DNA of 64,000 nucleotides from Negaprion brevirostris (GCA_030324005.1 JARDVH010000001.1:118475597-118539596); one strand, 5' to 3'. Positions 36,006 to 49,300 are shown, numbered from the stretch's first letter. The notes: a model not told the origin generated them from the sequence alone. Made by a program: numbers and translations.

Positions 36006-37519
36006 TGCCAAATTCTTCAGCCATGCTCAATGGGTTATGTTTTAATAAGTCATGTAAGGACACTTTTTCCTGTTAATAAATAGAGGCATAATACAGTCTG
36101 CTGAGCCTTCTTGGAAATCTTTAACATGGTGATGGCAGCTGTTTAAATGGTTTTCTGCCAGCCAGTTCCCTGGCTTGACAGTTATTCTACGCATGCTGTG
36201 TACCTTTCGTGTAACAGTTTCAAAGCAGCACTGGTGTGTACAAATAGTACTTCAGCGAGCTTGATACACACTTTCCTCCTTCCCTTCAACACCAAATTCC
36301 ATTGACCATCTGTAGAAATGCAGAAGCAAACTAGCCAGAACACACTGTTACACAGCAGTGTTTTTTCATATGACTCGAAACTACTGAACAAGTTGATCCA
36401 TAAAGTGATGAGATGCTTCTTAATCCACAGTGTTCTTCCTTGAATGGTGTAAAAACATTAATAATACTGGCTTCACTGTAGCACCATGAGACTGGCATCT
36501 AACGACTTCACATAGGCTCTATTAATCCCCCTGTTTAGTTTTACTGAAATAACTCTGCTTGAAAAGGGCTTTGTGACCATGGTAAAGTCTCTTTGTCAAG
36601 TTTGTTTACAGGCAGGTGTGTGGTGGCGTCATTGCCACTGTCATTGTGACTCTGCCAACTACATCTGCTGCTGTTACAAATGATTTTTGCAAAAATTTAG
36701 TCTTGACAACAGACTGCCCCACTTGCTCTGAGTGCAGCCAATGAAGGGTGGAGCTTTACAGGGCAGGAAAAGTCAGGCTGATGCTGACCTGCCTTTGGTG
36801 CTGATCAGCTGGGTGATGGGAGGGTTTGTACAATTGAGCTCAGTACTGTGATTTACAAGGAGAAAATTGCTTGAGCTTCTCACGCACATTTGCAATCCAA
36901 ACGCCCTATTTGAAATGTATGTGCGTGGATATCAATTGAGGGGAAGTTTGGATGTAATGCAACTTCCCTGCAGTTAAACAATCTGCTCAGTGTAAAGTTC
37001 ATATTTAAATAATGGATACTCAGGATGAAATAAGGAGCAATAGATTCCTAGTGTGCTTCAGTGGCTTTAATGGGTAGTGGCTGTTGTTACATGGGCAAAC
37101 ATAGCCATTTTGTTCTCGATGGATAGGTCCCGCAAACAGCAATGTGATCTGTTTATTTGTTGGAGAGCACTAATTGGGGGATCAAGCATGGTAACCAGAA
37201 AATGGTCCTTAGTCCCTTCACTGCTAGAATGTCTCACCCAAAGACTAATAGAATTCCTCCTGTAATTGGTGTTTATTGGATAACAGGTGAGGCTTTTGGG
37301 CTGATTTGATGAAAAAACTTGTTCATGGCTGCTTCTGAACCAGAGTAATCCAGACTCTGTTCTCTCTCTATAGATACGGTCATACATGCTGAAATTTTCC
37401 AGCGTTTTCTGTTTTTGTACAAATAATGGTTACTTGGGATCAGAGGAAGAACAAAATACCCCATTTTCTCATACTTTTCTAGTCTGCTTCATGTGCTTTG
37501 AAGCATGATATCGCACAAA

Positions 37520-37975
37520 ACATTATTCATATACTTGAGACAGAGGTACAAGAGTATAAATTAAAAGGTTGTATTCGGTGTTATTGGCCCTCAACCCTGG
37601 ACCCTAGCTTTTCAGCATGATCCAGAGCACAGGTTCTCGATATTCCTGCATTCACTGAGATCAATTGTCTTTGCATTTCCAGGCCTTGGATGGTATTTCC
37701 CACTGGTTGACAAATTGGTTTTAAAAAAAGCACAAATTTAAGATCATCCTAAAATGAATTGAAGGGGCGATGTTTTTAAAAAAACCTTTTTTTGCATACA
37801 AATTATGATGAGAATGTAGAATTTTCTGTTGAAATAGAGCCAATAAATTCTGTTACAAAGGGATTACAATATTGATTGAATGTAGAAATATTAAAGGGCA
37901 TGGGCCAGACGAATGGGATTGAACCAGGTCTTTCATAGGGTGCAGACTTGATGGGCTAGGCAGTCTATTTCTATA
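37520..37975 (+). mobile_element. old CR1 3' remnant
   Basis: Degenerate TATTTCCCACTGGTTG, CACAAATTTAAGATCA, and tail GTGCAGACTTGATGGGCTAGGCAGTCTATTTCT. Confidence 0.5.
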
Positions 37976-38215
37976 CGGTGTGATGATGGTGTTGGGATCA
38001 GCAGGTTAATGAAGAGTGGGGAAGGCTGAGTGGGCGTGGTAGCTGAGCTCAACTTTGTCCTGACTCAGAGCCCACCTAAGTGGTATTTCAACAAAGCTCA
38101 CTGAATGGCAGTGAGATATGGAAATCTTTGACCCTGTAGCCATCTTTGCATATGTGGCTTAATAGTGCAGTACATCACAATATATGACAATTTGCCACTT
38201 TTCTATTTGAATGCT

Positions 38216-38523
38216 GGGGCAGCATGGTGGCACAGTGGTTAGCACTGCTGCCCCACAATGCCATGGACCTAGGTTCAATTCCGGCCTTGGGTCACTGTCT
38301 GTGTGAAGTTTGCACATTCTTCCCATGTCTGTGTGGGTTTTCTGTTGCTGCGGTTTCCTCCCACAGTCCCAAGACATGTGGGTTAGGTTGATTGGCCATG
38401 CTGAATTGACCCCAATGTCAGGGGATATATGTGGGATTACAGGAATAGGGCATGGTGGAATTGTGATAGGTACAGACTCAATAGGCTGAATGGCTGCCTC
38501 CTGAATTGTAGAGGTTCCATGAT
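38216..38523 (+). mobile_element. HE1-type V-SINE, full length
   Basis: GGGGCAGCATGGTGGCACAGTGGTTAGCACTGCTGCC, B-box GGTTCAATTCC, V core, CR1-type tail GGCTGAATGGCTGCCTCCTG. Confidence 0.88.
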
Positions 38524-38664
38524 CTTAACTGTGAAATTTGATATTCTTTAAAGAAACCTATTAGCATTCCAGATGTTTTTAGATTGATTTTGTGAATGTT
38601 GGCATTTTAGGATTTTGTACTGCTTTAATTTACACTCACTTTGCATTTCTAATGTGCTTTGCAG

Positions 38665-38732
38665 GTGATCTTGATTCTCACAAAACTCTTCCATTCAGAT
38701 ATGGGGAAGGTTCTGGAAAGTTCTCTGTGGAG
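38665..38732 (+). CDS. candidate 68-nt internal exon of an unidentified host gene
   Basis: Branch-like CTAAT, acceptor TGCTTTGCAG|GT and donor GAG|GTGAGT; two frames open (VILILTKLFHSDMGKVLESSLW[R/S] or xDLDSHKTLPFRYGEGSGKFSVE); not repeat-derived. Confidence 0.6.
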
Positions 38733-39274
38733 GTGAGTCACCTTTTATTTGTTTTGTGTACAAATGCCAGCAAAAATGAACGTGTTCAGCTTTCCGAGTG
38801 AAGAGGAGACCAGTACAGGAATGACAATGTGAACAGATGGATGGCTGCCTGGCTCAAAATCTGTTATTTGCTTGCCTTAATATTGAAAATCTGCATTTCT
38901 CTCTTTTTATTGGATCTTGCAACAAATCCCACAAGGATTATCGGATTTGAATCTATGATTTCAGCAATAACATTTTTTGCTCATTCTGTGTAGGACTTTG
39001 CAGAAACAAAAATTGTACTGGATTACCCTTTCAACTTGTGAAACAGCTGATCAGGTCACTCTTGAGGTCTTATGGTTCATCTTTGGCAGTAATTGTTGAC
39101 AGTACTTTCATTCCTCCTTAGTTTGTGACTGGATTTCAATAAAACTGTCAGGCACTGGAATGAACACTTCATTCAGCAAAGCTGATACATGGCTTCAAGA
39201 CATTTTAATTACATGCCTCCTTTACACTACCAGGTTTTCACCAATGGCAAAACACCTTTCATGATAATAAAAAA

Positions 39275-39592
39275 GAAAGCACCTGAATTTAAATGGTGCT
39301 CTTTACAACTTCAGAATATCCCAAAATTCCCCACAGCCAACTAAATACTCTTTGATGCATAGTCATTTTATAATGAAGGAACAGCCATCTTGCTTGGATT
39401 AATATCTTTCAAATAACAATGCTGTAATGATTAAATGGTTTTATTTATCATAATGGAAGGATAAATATTGGCCACAAGACTGGGAGAACTCCCCAAATTT
39501 CGTCAATGTTGCTTTGGAAATTTTACTTTAATATTTCACCCAAAAAACAGACCTCTGACAGTCTGCAGAGAGGACTTGAAACCTTAAGACTC
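39275..39592 (-). mobile_element. DeuSINE, decayed
   Basis: CACAGCCAACTAAATACTCTTTGATGCATAGTCA, GAAGGATAAATATTGGCCACAAGACTGGGAGAACTCCCC, GGACTTGAA; the 5' tip reappears at about 40337-40373. Confidence 0.7.
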
Positions 39593-39645
39593 GGTTTGAT
39601 CATGATAGTGCAATTGATATTGATATATATATGTGTGTATGTATG

Positions 39646-40336
39646 TGTAATATATAAATATATACATACATTTAAAAATTCAGCTTTATACTGCAGGCAG
39701 TTGGTATCTCCAGAGGGAATGCAACCCAAATGCTAGGAGAGTCGGATAATTATTCATTTCAACCTTGCATGTCTTTAAGTAGAGCTAATGGACTTTTGTT
39801 TACTTAAGTTCTCCTTGGATTTCTGATTAGAGTAATTGACAGGATCATGTGATGATGTAGTTTATGTGCAGACCTGCGTCTGTGGCAGAGAAAAAAAGCT
39901 TTTGCAGAAAGTAGATTGGTTTGCAGCTGAAGTTAGAAGGATTTTTCAATCTTCTGGAACTCTATCTCCAAGCCTGTTAACTAATGTTAAAGCAAATACA
40001 CCTGGGTTTGATAACTATTAATTTAAAAGTGGGGCATTTGATTTATGTATGATTGGGGGTTATTTGGAACTGAAACAGTTATAAGCTAGAAAGAGTTGCC
40101 TCCTTTCATTTATAAATATTGTTGAAGTGTTAATGGTTAAGATGCTTCATTCATTAGTTATATTTAAACAGTGTTATTAAATAACGTTTGTTTCACTATA
40201 AGAGATCCCTAATTTGTCAGGGCAATTAATCCTGGAATGAAATATTCTTTCCTCATATTTATACCAAAATAGAAAAATTGTTGGGCCTAGTCTGGCTTCA
40301 CAATATACCATGGAGTTCTGATCCAAGACCCTAATA
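39646..40336 (+). mobile_element. probable solo LTR splitting the DeuSINE
   Basis: Begins TGTAATAT and ends CCCTAATA (decayed ...TAACA); separates two parts of the DeuSINE; no clear TSD. Confidence 0.4.
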
Positions 40337-41484
40337 ACCTTGACAGTGCTACCACTGAGTCATGGCTAACACCAATCTTCATTAGAAGACACATATGCCT
40401 TCACTGGCAAACACTTGAAAGCTGGCTGCCTCCAATTTAAAATGCTGGTAGCAGTGAATTTAAACAACGTGTACTTGTCGCATATATCCAGCCATACTTG
40501 GAATTGGCCAGACTGAAATCATCATTATAACATGGAAAAGGTCTGTGGCCATACTAACAAAGTCATAAGAGGAACATTTTTACTAACTATGAATCCTGTG
40601 AACAGACACTTCTTGGCTACTGTCAGATCTGTTCCTTGACAAACAACAGAAACCAGCACAATTGCAAATTGTCCACTGGTATTAAAATCCAAGAAGAAAC
40701 CAAATTGTTATTTGTAGTTTGTCCTGTGGAAATGGTTCTGCAGTGTGTTGAGGCTGGCAATTCTTTTTAGTCACATTGTATTCATGCACCTGAGGTGAGT
40801 GAGGTGTTCACAACTTATGTTTGTGAATGAAAGTTTTTGAGGGTGGGCGCTGGCGATACTGTAGGAAGGTCTCTAACAAGGCAGCAATTAAAAACCATTT
40901 TGATGGCCTCGGTTCAGAGGTAGAGTTCAGTCCCAGCAAGAACAAAATTACGACACATTGCACTCGGGAAAAACCACCCTTAAAGTGTCTTGTTCATACT
41001 GCAACATTGTTGTTTTGTCAGGGCAGCTTTTTTGCTGAAACAATTATTGCCTCTGTATTCAGATGCAAGTTTTGTGCCTCGTCTCAAGGATGTATCTCAG
41101 ATCTTCTGTATTGAACAATGCTGCCTCCTTTACCTCATGTCACTGCTACAGGACTTAAGACTGCCAACATCAGCTGTGTTATGGGGTAATTGCATATCCA
41201 GAGAGAATTGAGTCATTTGAACACTTCGCCACACTGCCATTAACAGCAGCTCTGATTTTGTGGTAGGGTGGGAAAACCAAGAAGCAGGCCTGCTACATCT
41301 GGAATGCTCAAGACCCATTAAAACCATTTCATTAAAAGAGATGGTTTTCACTGGAACCTCGTGGCATGTAAACAGCTGTGAATACGATATTGATCAGAAA
41401 CGAACCAGTAAAACTTCCAACATAAGTATGAGGGGATGTAATATCAGGTAATGGGTTGGTCCCTGCAATTATCTGCCACACTGA

Positions 41485-41761
41485 AGTTTAAAATTTTAAA
41501 GTTTAAAGTTTTAAATATTATTTATTAATGTTACAAGTAGGCTTATATTACCACTGCAGTGAATTTACTGTGAAAATCTCCGGCGCCTGTTTGAGTACAC
41601 GGAGGAAGAATTTAGCATGGCCAATGCACCTAACCAGCACATCTTTCAGTCTGTGGGAGGAAACCAGAGCACCCGGAGGAAACCCATGCAGACATGGGGA
41701 GAACATGCAGACTCCACACAGACAGTCAACCAAGCCGGTGGTGAGAGGCAGCAGTGCTAAG
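41485..41761 (-). mobile_element. V-SINE variant (alternative tail, AAGTTT-type repeats)
   Basis: AAGTTTAAA repeats, GTTACAAGTAGGCTTA, GGGAGAACATGCAGACTCCACACAGACAGT, GGCAGCAGTGCTAA. Confidence 0.85.
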
Positions 41762-44229
41762 ATAACAAAGGGGAAAACTGAGCATGATGCATCATAGACA
41801 GCCAATCATGTAGTGCACATTTATGTCCTGCAGATGTTCATTGTATAATACAGCAGAAAAGGCAGCCGGTTTGCCTATGTTGACTGTGGTGGTGCTTTGA
41901 AAGAGCTATCTAATTAGTTCTGCTCCTCAACCCATTCTCTGCAAAAAAATTCTCTCTTGAAAACTACTGTTGAATATATTCTTACCCATAAAGGCAGTGC
42001 CATTTGGCTGTGTTTACTTTCAGATTGGCACGTAGATTCACAATGTCAACATTGTTGAAGCAGAAACATTGAGCTTCAATACAGTTGTGGAACCTAGTCT
42101 CCCAGCTACCAAAGGGTGATACCATAAAGTAGTGTTAGTTTATTCTTTCTCTATCACCCGTGCATCACATACCCATTCTGTGTTAACTAACAAGATAAAT
42201 ACATTAATACATTTTCCTCATATAAAAATGCACATATGTGCCCAAAGAATGCAACATCATAAACGTAAGAAACAAAAGGCAGTCTAAATGCAAGTGTAGG
42301 AATCACATCAAATGGTGTGCATACTGGGCGCACAAACACATTCCTCAGGGGTGAACTTATAATTCAGTGCCTAAATATCAGCATTAATACAGAAGTATGA
42401 AATCCGCTAGATGATGTTGGGGAAGTTGTTGACAAGTAGAGTGCTTCAGAGAGGGAACAGGGCTAGTAGTCCATGTGGACCATTGGCTAGACATGATAGA
42501 AACTAGTGCTGTAGGAATACAAGTTTGAACTGGGAGCTGCAAGACTGGAGGTGGCAATAAGGACTGTGGCTCTTGAGCAGGTATCAGTGTCTTCAACTTG
42601 GGGGCAGCTCAGAGATTCATCCTAAAGTCAGTGATTGACACAGGAATGTGGGACCCATTGTGTGGTTGACCCAATATTCTTCTTCTGACCCCACTTCTGA
42701 CTGCACTTAAGCTGCAGATTGATAGATTGCTCAGCTATTTTGTCTGGGTTTGCAGAATGTTTGGGATTATTCACCATGGGTACTAGGACCATGGCTGGAA
42801 GTGAGGTAGATCACTGAACCAATGCAAATGAAAGGAACCGTGATTGGATATATTGTGCTACAGAGCTGGAAACCAATGAATTTGTGAAAATTGCACAAGT
42901 CATCATTGATGACAGTAACCAGGTAACTTTGGCTTGTTGTGATTGGCATCAAGGTGGACCAGCTCACCAGCATCAACTAAGTTGAGTGGCTGTTCCCCTA
43001 GGGGATCTTGGACTTCTGATTGTATGGGTGATTGCCTCGATGGAATCGGTGTTGAGGCTCAGTAACCTTGTTGCTGAAGAGAGCTATCTGCACGTTGGTG
43101 AATTTTTGCCTCTGTGTCCATAATTCTCCAGCAGGAAGGCCATCCCGAATGAAGATAGGATGTGCAGTGGTAATGGATAAGCCAAAAGTATGACGGAGCT
43201 TTTTGAGGCCTCAAGTTCTTCAAGCAGTGTGATCTCATTGACATCCCCTTGGCCAGATTGTTGTCCTTGACGGAGCATGGGCTCATCTCACTCTGCATGT
43301 ACTGGAGGAAAGATGGAGTTGAGATCCATAAATATTGGTGCTGGAATTACCAGTTAATACAGGCATTTGGCAAAGATTGACACATCATTGGTTTCAATGA
43401 ATGGAGTGCCTCCAGTATCTCAACATCAGTGTTCCCCAAAACTAAGCCTTCAGAGACAAAGTTGTGATACTCTCTGGACAGGAAGAAGTGTGTTTCATCA
43501 ACACCAAGTAAAGTCAGTGAACCATCAACCCGTTGTATATATTGGCATGAACTCTTGACTGGGACATATTTGTGGATGCACAGATCATGTTGCCAATAGC
43601 TTCACTATCAATATACACCCAAAAAGCATGGTGCTTGAGGAATATGTCTAAGGTAGGGTGGATGATGAATTTGTACATGGAGTGCAGCTGATGCCAATGA
43701 AACATCAGCAGGTTCCTGATCCCCTTCATCTAATGAAACACCCGCAACATTATCATGATAATGCACAATAGCACCTATCTTCCAAGATGGCATCTATCTC
43801 ATGAACTTTAATCATGTTATGAAAGTCTTGATCAGACAGAAAGGTTAGGATCAAGCCCAAAAATGTAAATTGGGTTCTGACACCAGTGTTCAAATGAATT
43901 GGCATCTCAATCTTTTCTTGGCATCACTGCTTCAGTGTCTGATGTAAAGCTGCTATAGCTTCTGCTGTTACAGGACTGTAATATTGTGGACTGAATGGAA
44001 GTCAATATCCTTGTATAAGTGGCAAACAAACTCATCAATTTACTTTGAAGAGAGATCGAAAATGCTTTGATGTTGTCACAATGCTGGTTTGCTGCGTCTA
44101 CTTTCAGACTGGCACATAGGATCACAATACTAACAGAGTTGAGGTGGAAACATGGAGCTTTAAGGCAGCCAAGAAAATGGACTATACAAAATGATATAAA
44201 ATGGCTATGCCCATGAGGGAAATCAGGCT

Positions 44230-44332
44230 AACACAGTAAAAAGTCTGACAACACCAGGTTTTAGTCCAACCGATTTTTGTCAGACTTTTTACTGTGTTTA
44301 CCCCAGTCCAACGCCGGCATACCCACATCATG
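44230..44332. mobile_element. minimal Penelope insertion forming a perfect 22-bp hairpin
   Basis: AACACAGTAAAAAGTCTGACAA (44230-44251) / TTGTCAGACTTTTTACTGTGTT (44277-44298), then the pseudo-LTR terminus CCCCAGTCCAACGCCGGCATACCCACATCATG. Confidence 0.8.
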
Positions 44333-45879
44333 AAATCAGGCTGCCAGTCATTGAAGGGTTTTGATATACAATGGGGCAGAGCATTCCAACTCACTGTTGA
44401 CAGTTTTGCCCCATGTTTGTAGTTTGGGATGACTACAATTTGTGTAATCAGATGATGTGACCATATCAATTGCACACTAGTGGTGCCTAGTTACAAATAT
44501 TTTGGTTTTGTTTTTATAGTTTGACGAATAGCTTCATATGAAGCTTTGTACTGTCACACCTCTTAGAGGACGAGTTTCTATATTTGCTGTTTGTAGTTAT
44601 GTTATGCAGTAAGGGTGCAATAAGAAGAAATGCTGTTTATAGATAGAAACTTAGAATTGTCCAGCTCAGATGCTGGTCATTCAGCCCATTATACCTGTGC
44701 TGGCTCTTCTAAAATTTGGAGAAGTGTATAATTGCTCACAAAACGCCCTTTTGATATGTTAGTTCAATTTCAGTATTGTTCCTCTCCCACCTCCTAATTC
44801 CTGGAAAGGGAACTTGAGCACAAATGTTCATCTTTAACACCTGGCAGTAATCTAGCAGAGCAGAATCAACCACCTATTGTCAAAGCTGCCCAATTACGAT
44901 TCCAAGCAGTAAAGTGGAAAATGTACCCTAGTGTCTTTACAGAGTAATAATTAGCTGTCAGCAAATTGAGGAGGTGAACATACTTACAGGCAATTTTGCA
45001 CTGCAGCTGCTATGTTCTATTTCAAATCAATTTTCAGATATTATGTTTCTAAGAATGTTAAGGTATTGGTAAATCTCTAAAATCCTAGAACCTGGCTTGG
45101 GAAACTTGCTAGTCAATTATTTTACTCTTTGTAGCGTGGCATGGATGACCTGTCACATGTACGTTTTTCATTTTAAGTAAATATCTAGAATTGCCACATT
45201 TTTGTAAAGCTGGGATGGGATAAGGCTGGAGTGAACGGAGTGGAGGGGATATATTTGGTCAATGGGTGGGCTCAGACCATTTGAATGGTACCTTTGGAAG
45301 TGCCACCTCTTCCATCACCATAGAAGGGACCAAGGCTCGTACTGCACAAACTCTAAACAATTCCTACCTAAAATGCCAATTAGGGTCCAATTACATCATA
45401 CTCCTGATTTGCATATTCAAGGAGCCTACTGCCTGGGAGAGTTATCTTCTGAAAGTGCAGATACTGACACGACTGGTAGCTGAAACTTGCAAAGTGTAAT
45501 CTTTCAGGTATTGATTTGTTGTCATAACAGTGTTCTCATACTCTTTCAATATCAGCCCTTCATGTAATGTGTCTGTTGAACTCTATCTTCATGTCTGCTT
45601 CAATTTCCAGCATTTTATTATCTTCAGAGAAGACGATAACTAGCGAGTGTTTATTTCTCCCTGTCCGTGCATGCTTTCAAGTTATTTTCTTAGGTCAAGA
45701 TGACAAGCTGATCATGTGTCCTGTGGTCTCTGCCATTGTAAAGTATAACATTCACAAAGTGACTTGTGATAATGGCTCAGATTATTTATCTGCTGATTTT
45801 CCATTTGTTGCTAGCAAGAAGTACCTTAGCCTAGATGTTACTAGCACTATGTCACTATGGACACAGAACATATTTGGAC

Positions 45880-46042
45880 CATAAGGTCATAAGTTATAGG
45901 AGCAGAATAGGCATTCAGGCCATTGAGTCTGCTTCTTAGTCAAGGCTGATATGATTCTTATCCTCATTCTCCTGCCTTCTCCCCATAACCATTGATCCCC
46001 TTATTGTCAAGAAACTATCTATTTCTGTCTTAAAGACATTAT
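45880..46042 (-). mobile_element. CR1 3' end
   Basis: CATAAGGTCATAAGTTATAGGAGCAGAATAGGCATTCAGGCC, the reverse CR1 octamer tail. Confidence 0.8.
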
Positions 46043-46084
46043 TTTGTCTACTTATCTAATGGAAACACTAACCTGCTTTATTTT

Positions 46085-47020
46085 AAATAGGTTTAATTTA
46101 TTAGGTGTAGTGCCAGAGAACTGGCAAATGGCAAGTGACCAAATATGTCCAGGTAATTATAGACAAGTCAGCTTAACATTAGTGTTAGGAAAAGTGGAAT
46201 TTTTACTCAAAAAGAGAATAGAGGAAAATCTGGAAATGAAAAATATAATAATATGGATTTCAAAAAAGAGAATCTTGGGTAACATTATTGAATTTTTTGA
46301 AGAGATGATAGAGTAAACAATGGCATTGTTGTAGATGCACTGTACCTGAATTTTCAAAAGGACTTTGATAAGGGACCCTGTAATAGATTAATGAATAACG
46401 TAAGAGAATGTGGAATCAGGGAACAAGTGGTAGAATGGATTGCTAGCTGGCTTCAAGACAGAAAACAGAGTGTGTGAATTGTGATAGAAGGTCAGAGGGA
46501 TGTTCCACGAGGATCAGTTGGCTGGAACCACTCTTCATAATATACATGAACAGTTTAGGCCTTGGAATCAAAAAGGCAATTTCTGACTTTGTAAATGATA
46601 CCAATTTGGAGGAGAGATGGTCAAGTTTTAGTAAAGGTACAACAAATTATAGGAGAACATTAATAAGTTGGCATATTTGGCAAATTAAATTCAACACAGG
46701 TGAGTGTGAGGTAGTACATTTTAATAGAATGGGGAGGTCACTTAACTTGAAAGGTGCAAGCGGAGTAGAGGAAGAACAAGATCTTGGAGTACAAATCCAT
46801 CAATTATTAAAAGTTGCACCACAGGTTACCAAAGCCATAAAAAAGCAAACCAACTTTATTTCTAGAGGGATAGGGCTGAAAAGTAACACTAAATCAGCAA
46901 CAAACTTGGTTAGCCCATATAAAACTATTGCACACAGTTTTGGTAGCCATATTATAAAAGGGAATAGAGACACTGGATAGAGTGCAGAGAGGATGATACT
47001 GGAAGCTGGGTGTATGCATC
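46085..47020 (+). mobile_element. old CR1 ORF2 remnant
   Basis: GVVPENWQMA..PGNYRQVSLTLVLGK, YLNFQKDFDK, LFIIYMNSL..ISDFVNDTNL, WQIKFNTGECEVVHF. Confidence 0.8.
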
Positions 47021-48212
47021 AGGAATACATTCCAAAGATCTTAATCAAGTCTCAAAGAGGAACTACCACCTTATTCTAACACTGAAAGAGGTCACAGCAT
47101 CACTGGCAGGGCAAAATTTTTCAGCAAGCTTCATGCTAGAAAAAGCTCCTGAAATGTGAAGCTAGATCTTTGCTGTTGACACATTCAACACACACTTTGA
47201 TTAGTACAAATTCCTGTGTCCATCTATTGGCCTTAAAATAAGCCAGGATCTATTTCAGCAGAAAATTGATGAGACATACGGAAGCTGTAAAGGAGCCGTC
47301 AGCATAAGCTGGTGATACCTATATCCATGTTGTAGATACAAAAGATTATAACTACTATCTATGTAGAGAGAATCAAGAAAGCTGGGATTAGGTTAAATAC
47401 AGATAAATACATTGTGAAAGTGAGAGGAGGCCAGTTTTTCAAAATGGTGTGCACACCTGACACAGTCACACTGAATCCTGAAAGAAAGAATCACAGCATT
47501 CTCCGAGATGTATTTTCCAAGAGACAAGAAAGAGTTGAGATGTTTCCTTGACTTGATTCACTATGATTTCTTTCATATCTCACATGACAGTACGCACATC
47601 AAACTTACGAGAGCTGATGAGAGAGCATATTGTATACCTGTGTCAGAGTCACACGAGAGGAGTTTCAAAACACTCGAAGTAGAATGCAAGGAGACAAGTC
47701 TGTCAGACATCAACAGGGAGAAATCTGTTAGGTTGCAAGTAAGTGCTGCTACAAAAGGATTGGGGGCAAGCCTGGTACAAGAGGGAAAATGGATTTCACT
47801 TGTAACCAAAGCTCTAATGTCAGCTGAGATCAGTTATGCCAATGCAGAAAGAGAGCTTTTGGCAGTCGTGTATGGATATGAGAAATTTTATATACATTTC
47901 TATGGGAGGGCGTTCATTGTTGAGAGCGACCTTCATCTATTAGAGCAGATCTACAAGACAATTCTAGATTAAGCTCCAGCAGGATTACAAGGCTTCAGAG
48001 TTATGATTTCACTCTGAAATACAAGCTAGAAAGTGAAATGGTATTAGCAGATTGCTTGGTCCTACTCAGTTATTGCAATGGGAGAAACATGAAGTACGAG
48101 ATCTAGGTATGAACATCCATCACTGAGTGAAGATAACACCACTGAAACTGAATCAATTATAGATGAGACCAGCAAAGTTACAGATGCCCTCTCAGCAAGT
48201 GATTCAGGGATG
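47020..48212 (+). mobile_element. Gypsy pol remnant (RT plus RNase H)
   Basis: PKDLNQVSKRNY, SQDLFQQKIDE, PRDKKELRCFL, VRLQVSAATKGLGASLVQ...SAEISYANAERELLAVVYGYEKFYIHFYGRAFIVESD. Confidence 0.85.
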
Positions 48213-48218
48213 GCTTGA

Positions 48219-49078
48219 TAAGATTATTCCCACGAAATTCATCTCCAAACTCCATGGCCTGAGCCTTGGCACCACCCTCTGTGACTGGATCCTGAACTTC
48301 CTAACTCTCAGACCACAATCAATAAGGATAGGTAACAACGACACCACCTCCATGATCATCCTCAATACCGTTGCCCCACAAGGCAGCGCTCTCAGCCCCC
48401 TACTATGCTGCTTATATGCCAAATTCCCCATCAATTTGATTTTCAAGTTTGCTGATGACACCACCATAGTGGATCAGGTCTCAAACAATGACAAGACAGA
48501 GTATAGGAATGAGAAAGAGAATCTGGTAAACTGGTGCGGCAACAATAATCTCTCCCTCAATGTGAACAGAATGAAGGAGATTGTCATCGACTTCAGGAAG
48601 CGTAAAGGTGAACATGCCCCTGTCTACATCAATAGGGACAAAGTAAAAAGAGTCAAGAAATTCAAGATTTTAGGTGTCCAGATCACCAACAACCTGTCCT
48701 GGTCCCTCTGTGCCGACACTATAGTTAAGAAAGCCCACTGACATCTCTACTTTCTCAGAAGACTAAGGAAATTTGACATGTCAGCTACGATTTTCACCAA
48801 TTTTTACAGGTGCACCATAGAAAGCATTATTTCTCGTTGTATCACAGCTTGGTATGGCTCTTGCTCTGCCCAAGACCGCAAGGAACTGCAGAAGGCAATG
48901 ATTGTAGCCCAATCCATTATGCAAACCAGCCTACTATCCATTGGCTCTGTCTACACTTTCTGCTGCCTCGACAAAGCAGCCAGCATGATTAAGGATCCCA
49001 CGCACCCCGGACATTCTCTCTTCCACCTTCTTCCTTTGGGAAAAAGATACAAAAGTCTCAGGTCACATACCAACCAAA
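48219..49078 (+). mobile_element. Rex1/Babar LINE 3' part (RT)
   Basis: IIPTKFISKL..LGTTLCDWILNFLT, APQGSALSPLL, IFKFADDTTIV, KEIVIDFRK, NFYRCTIESIISRCITAWYG, IKDPTHPGHSLFHLLPLGKRY. Confidence 0.9.
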
Positions 49079-49084
49079 TGTCAG

Positions 49085-49300
49085 GGGTAAGTTTTTCACT
49101 CAGAGGGTGGTGAGTGAGTGGAATCGGCTCCCGTCGGTAGTGGTAGAGGCGAACTTGCTAGGGTCTTTTAAGAGACTTCTGGATGAGTACATGGGATTTA
49201 ATGGGATTGAGAGTTACAGATAGGCCTGGTAGGTATGGATATGATCAGCGCAACTTGTGGGCCGAAGGGTCTGTTTGTGCTGTAGAGTTCTATGTTCTAT
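49085..49300 (+). mobile_element. CR1 3' end
   Basis: FFTQRVVSEWNRLP and tail GGGCCGAAGGGTCTGTTTGTGCTGTAGAGTTCTATGTTCTAT. Confidence 0.85.

Noticed and set aside
38216-38290. tRNA gene
   Set aside because: A and B boxes are present, but the sequence continues into the V-SINE core and has no complete cloverleaf
42380-44130. Possible minus-strand LTR retrotransposon remnant
   Set aside because: Composition is suggestive, but I could not read ordered diagnostic motifs, so it is not called
48163-49113. Longest ORFs as an active reverse transcriptase gene
   Set aside because: 5'-truncated Rex1 fragment with a stop at 48741 and an internal deletion, fused to Gypsy sequence
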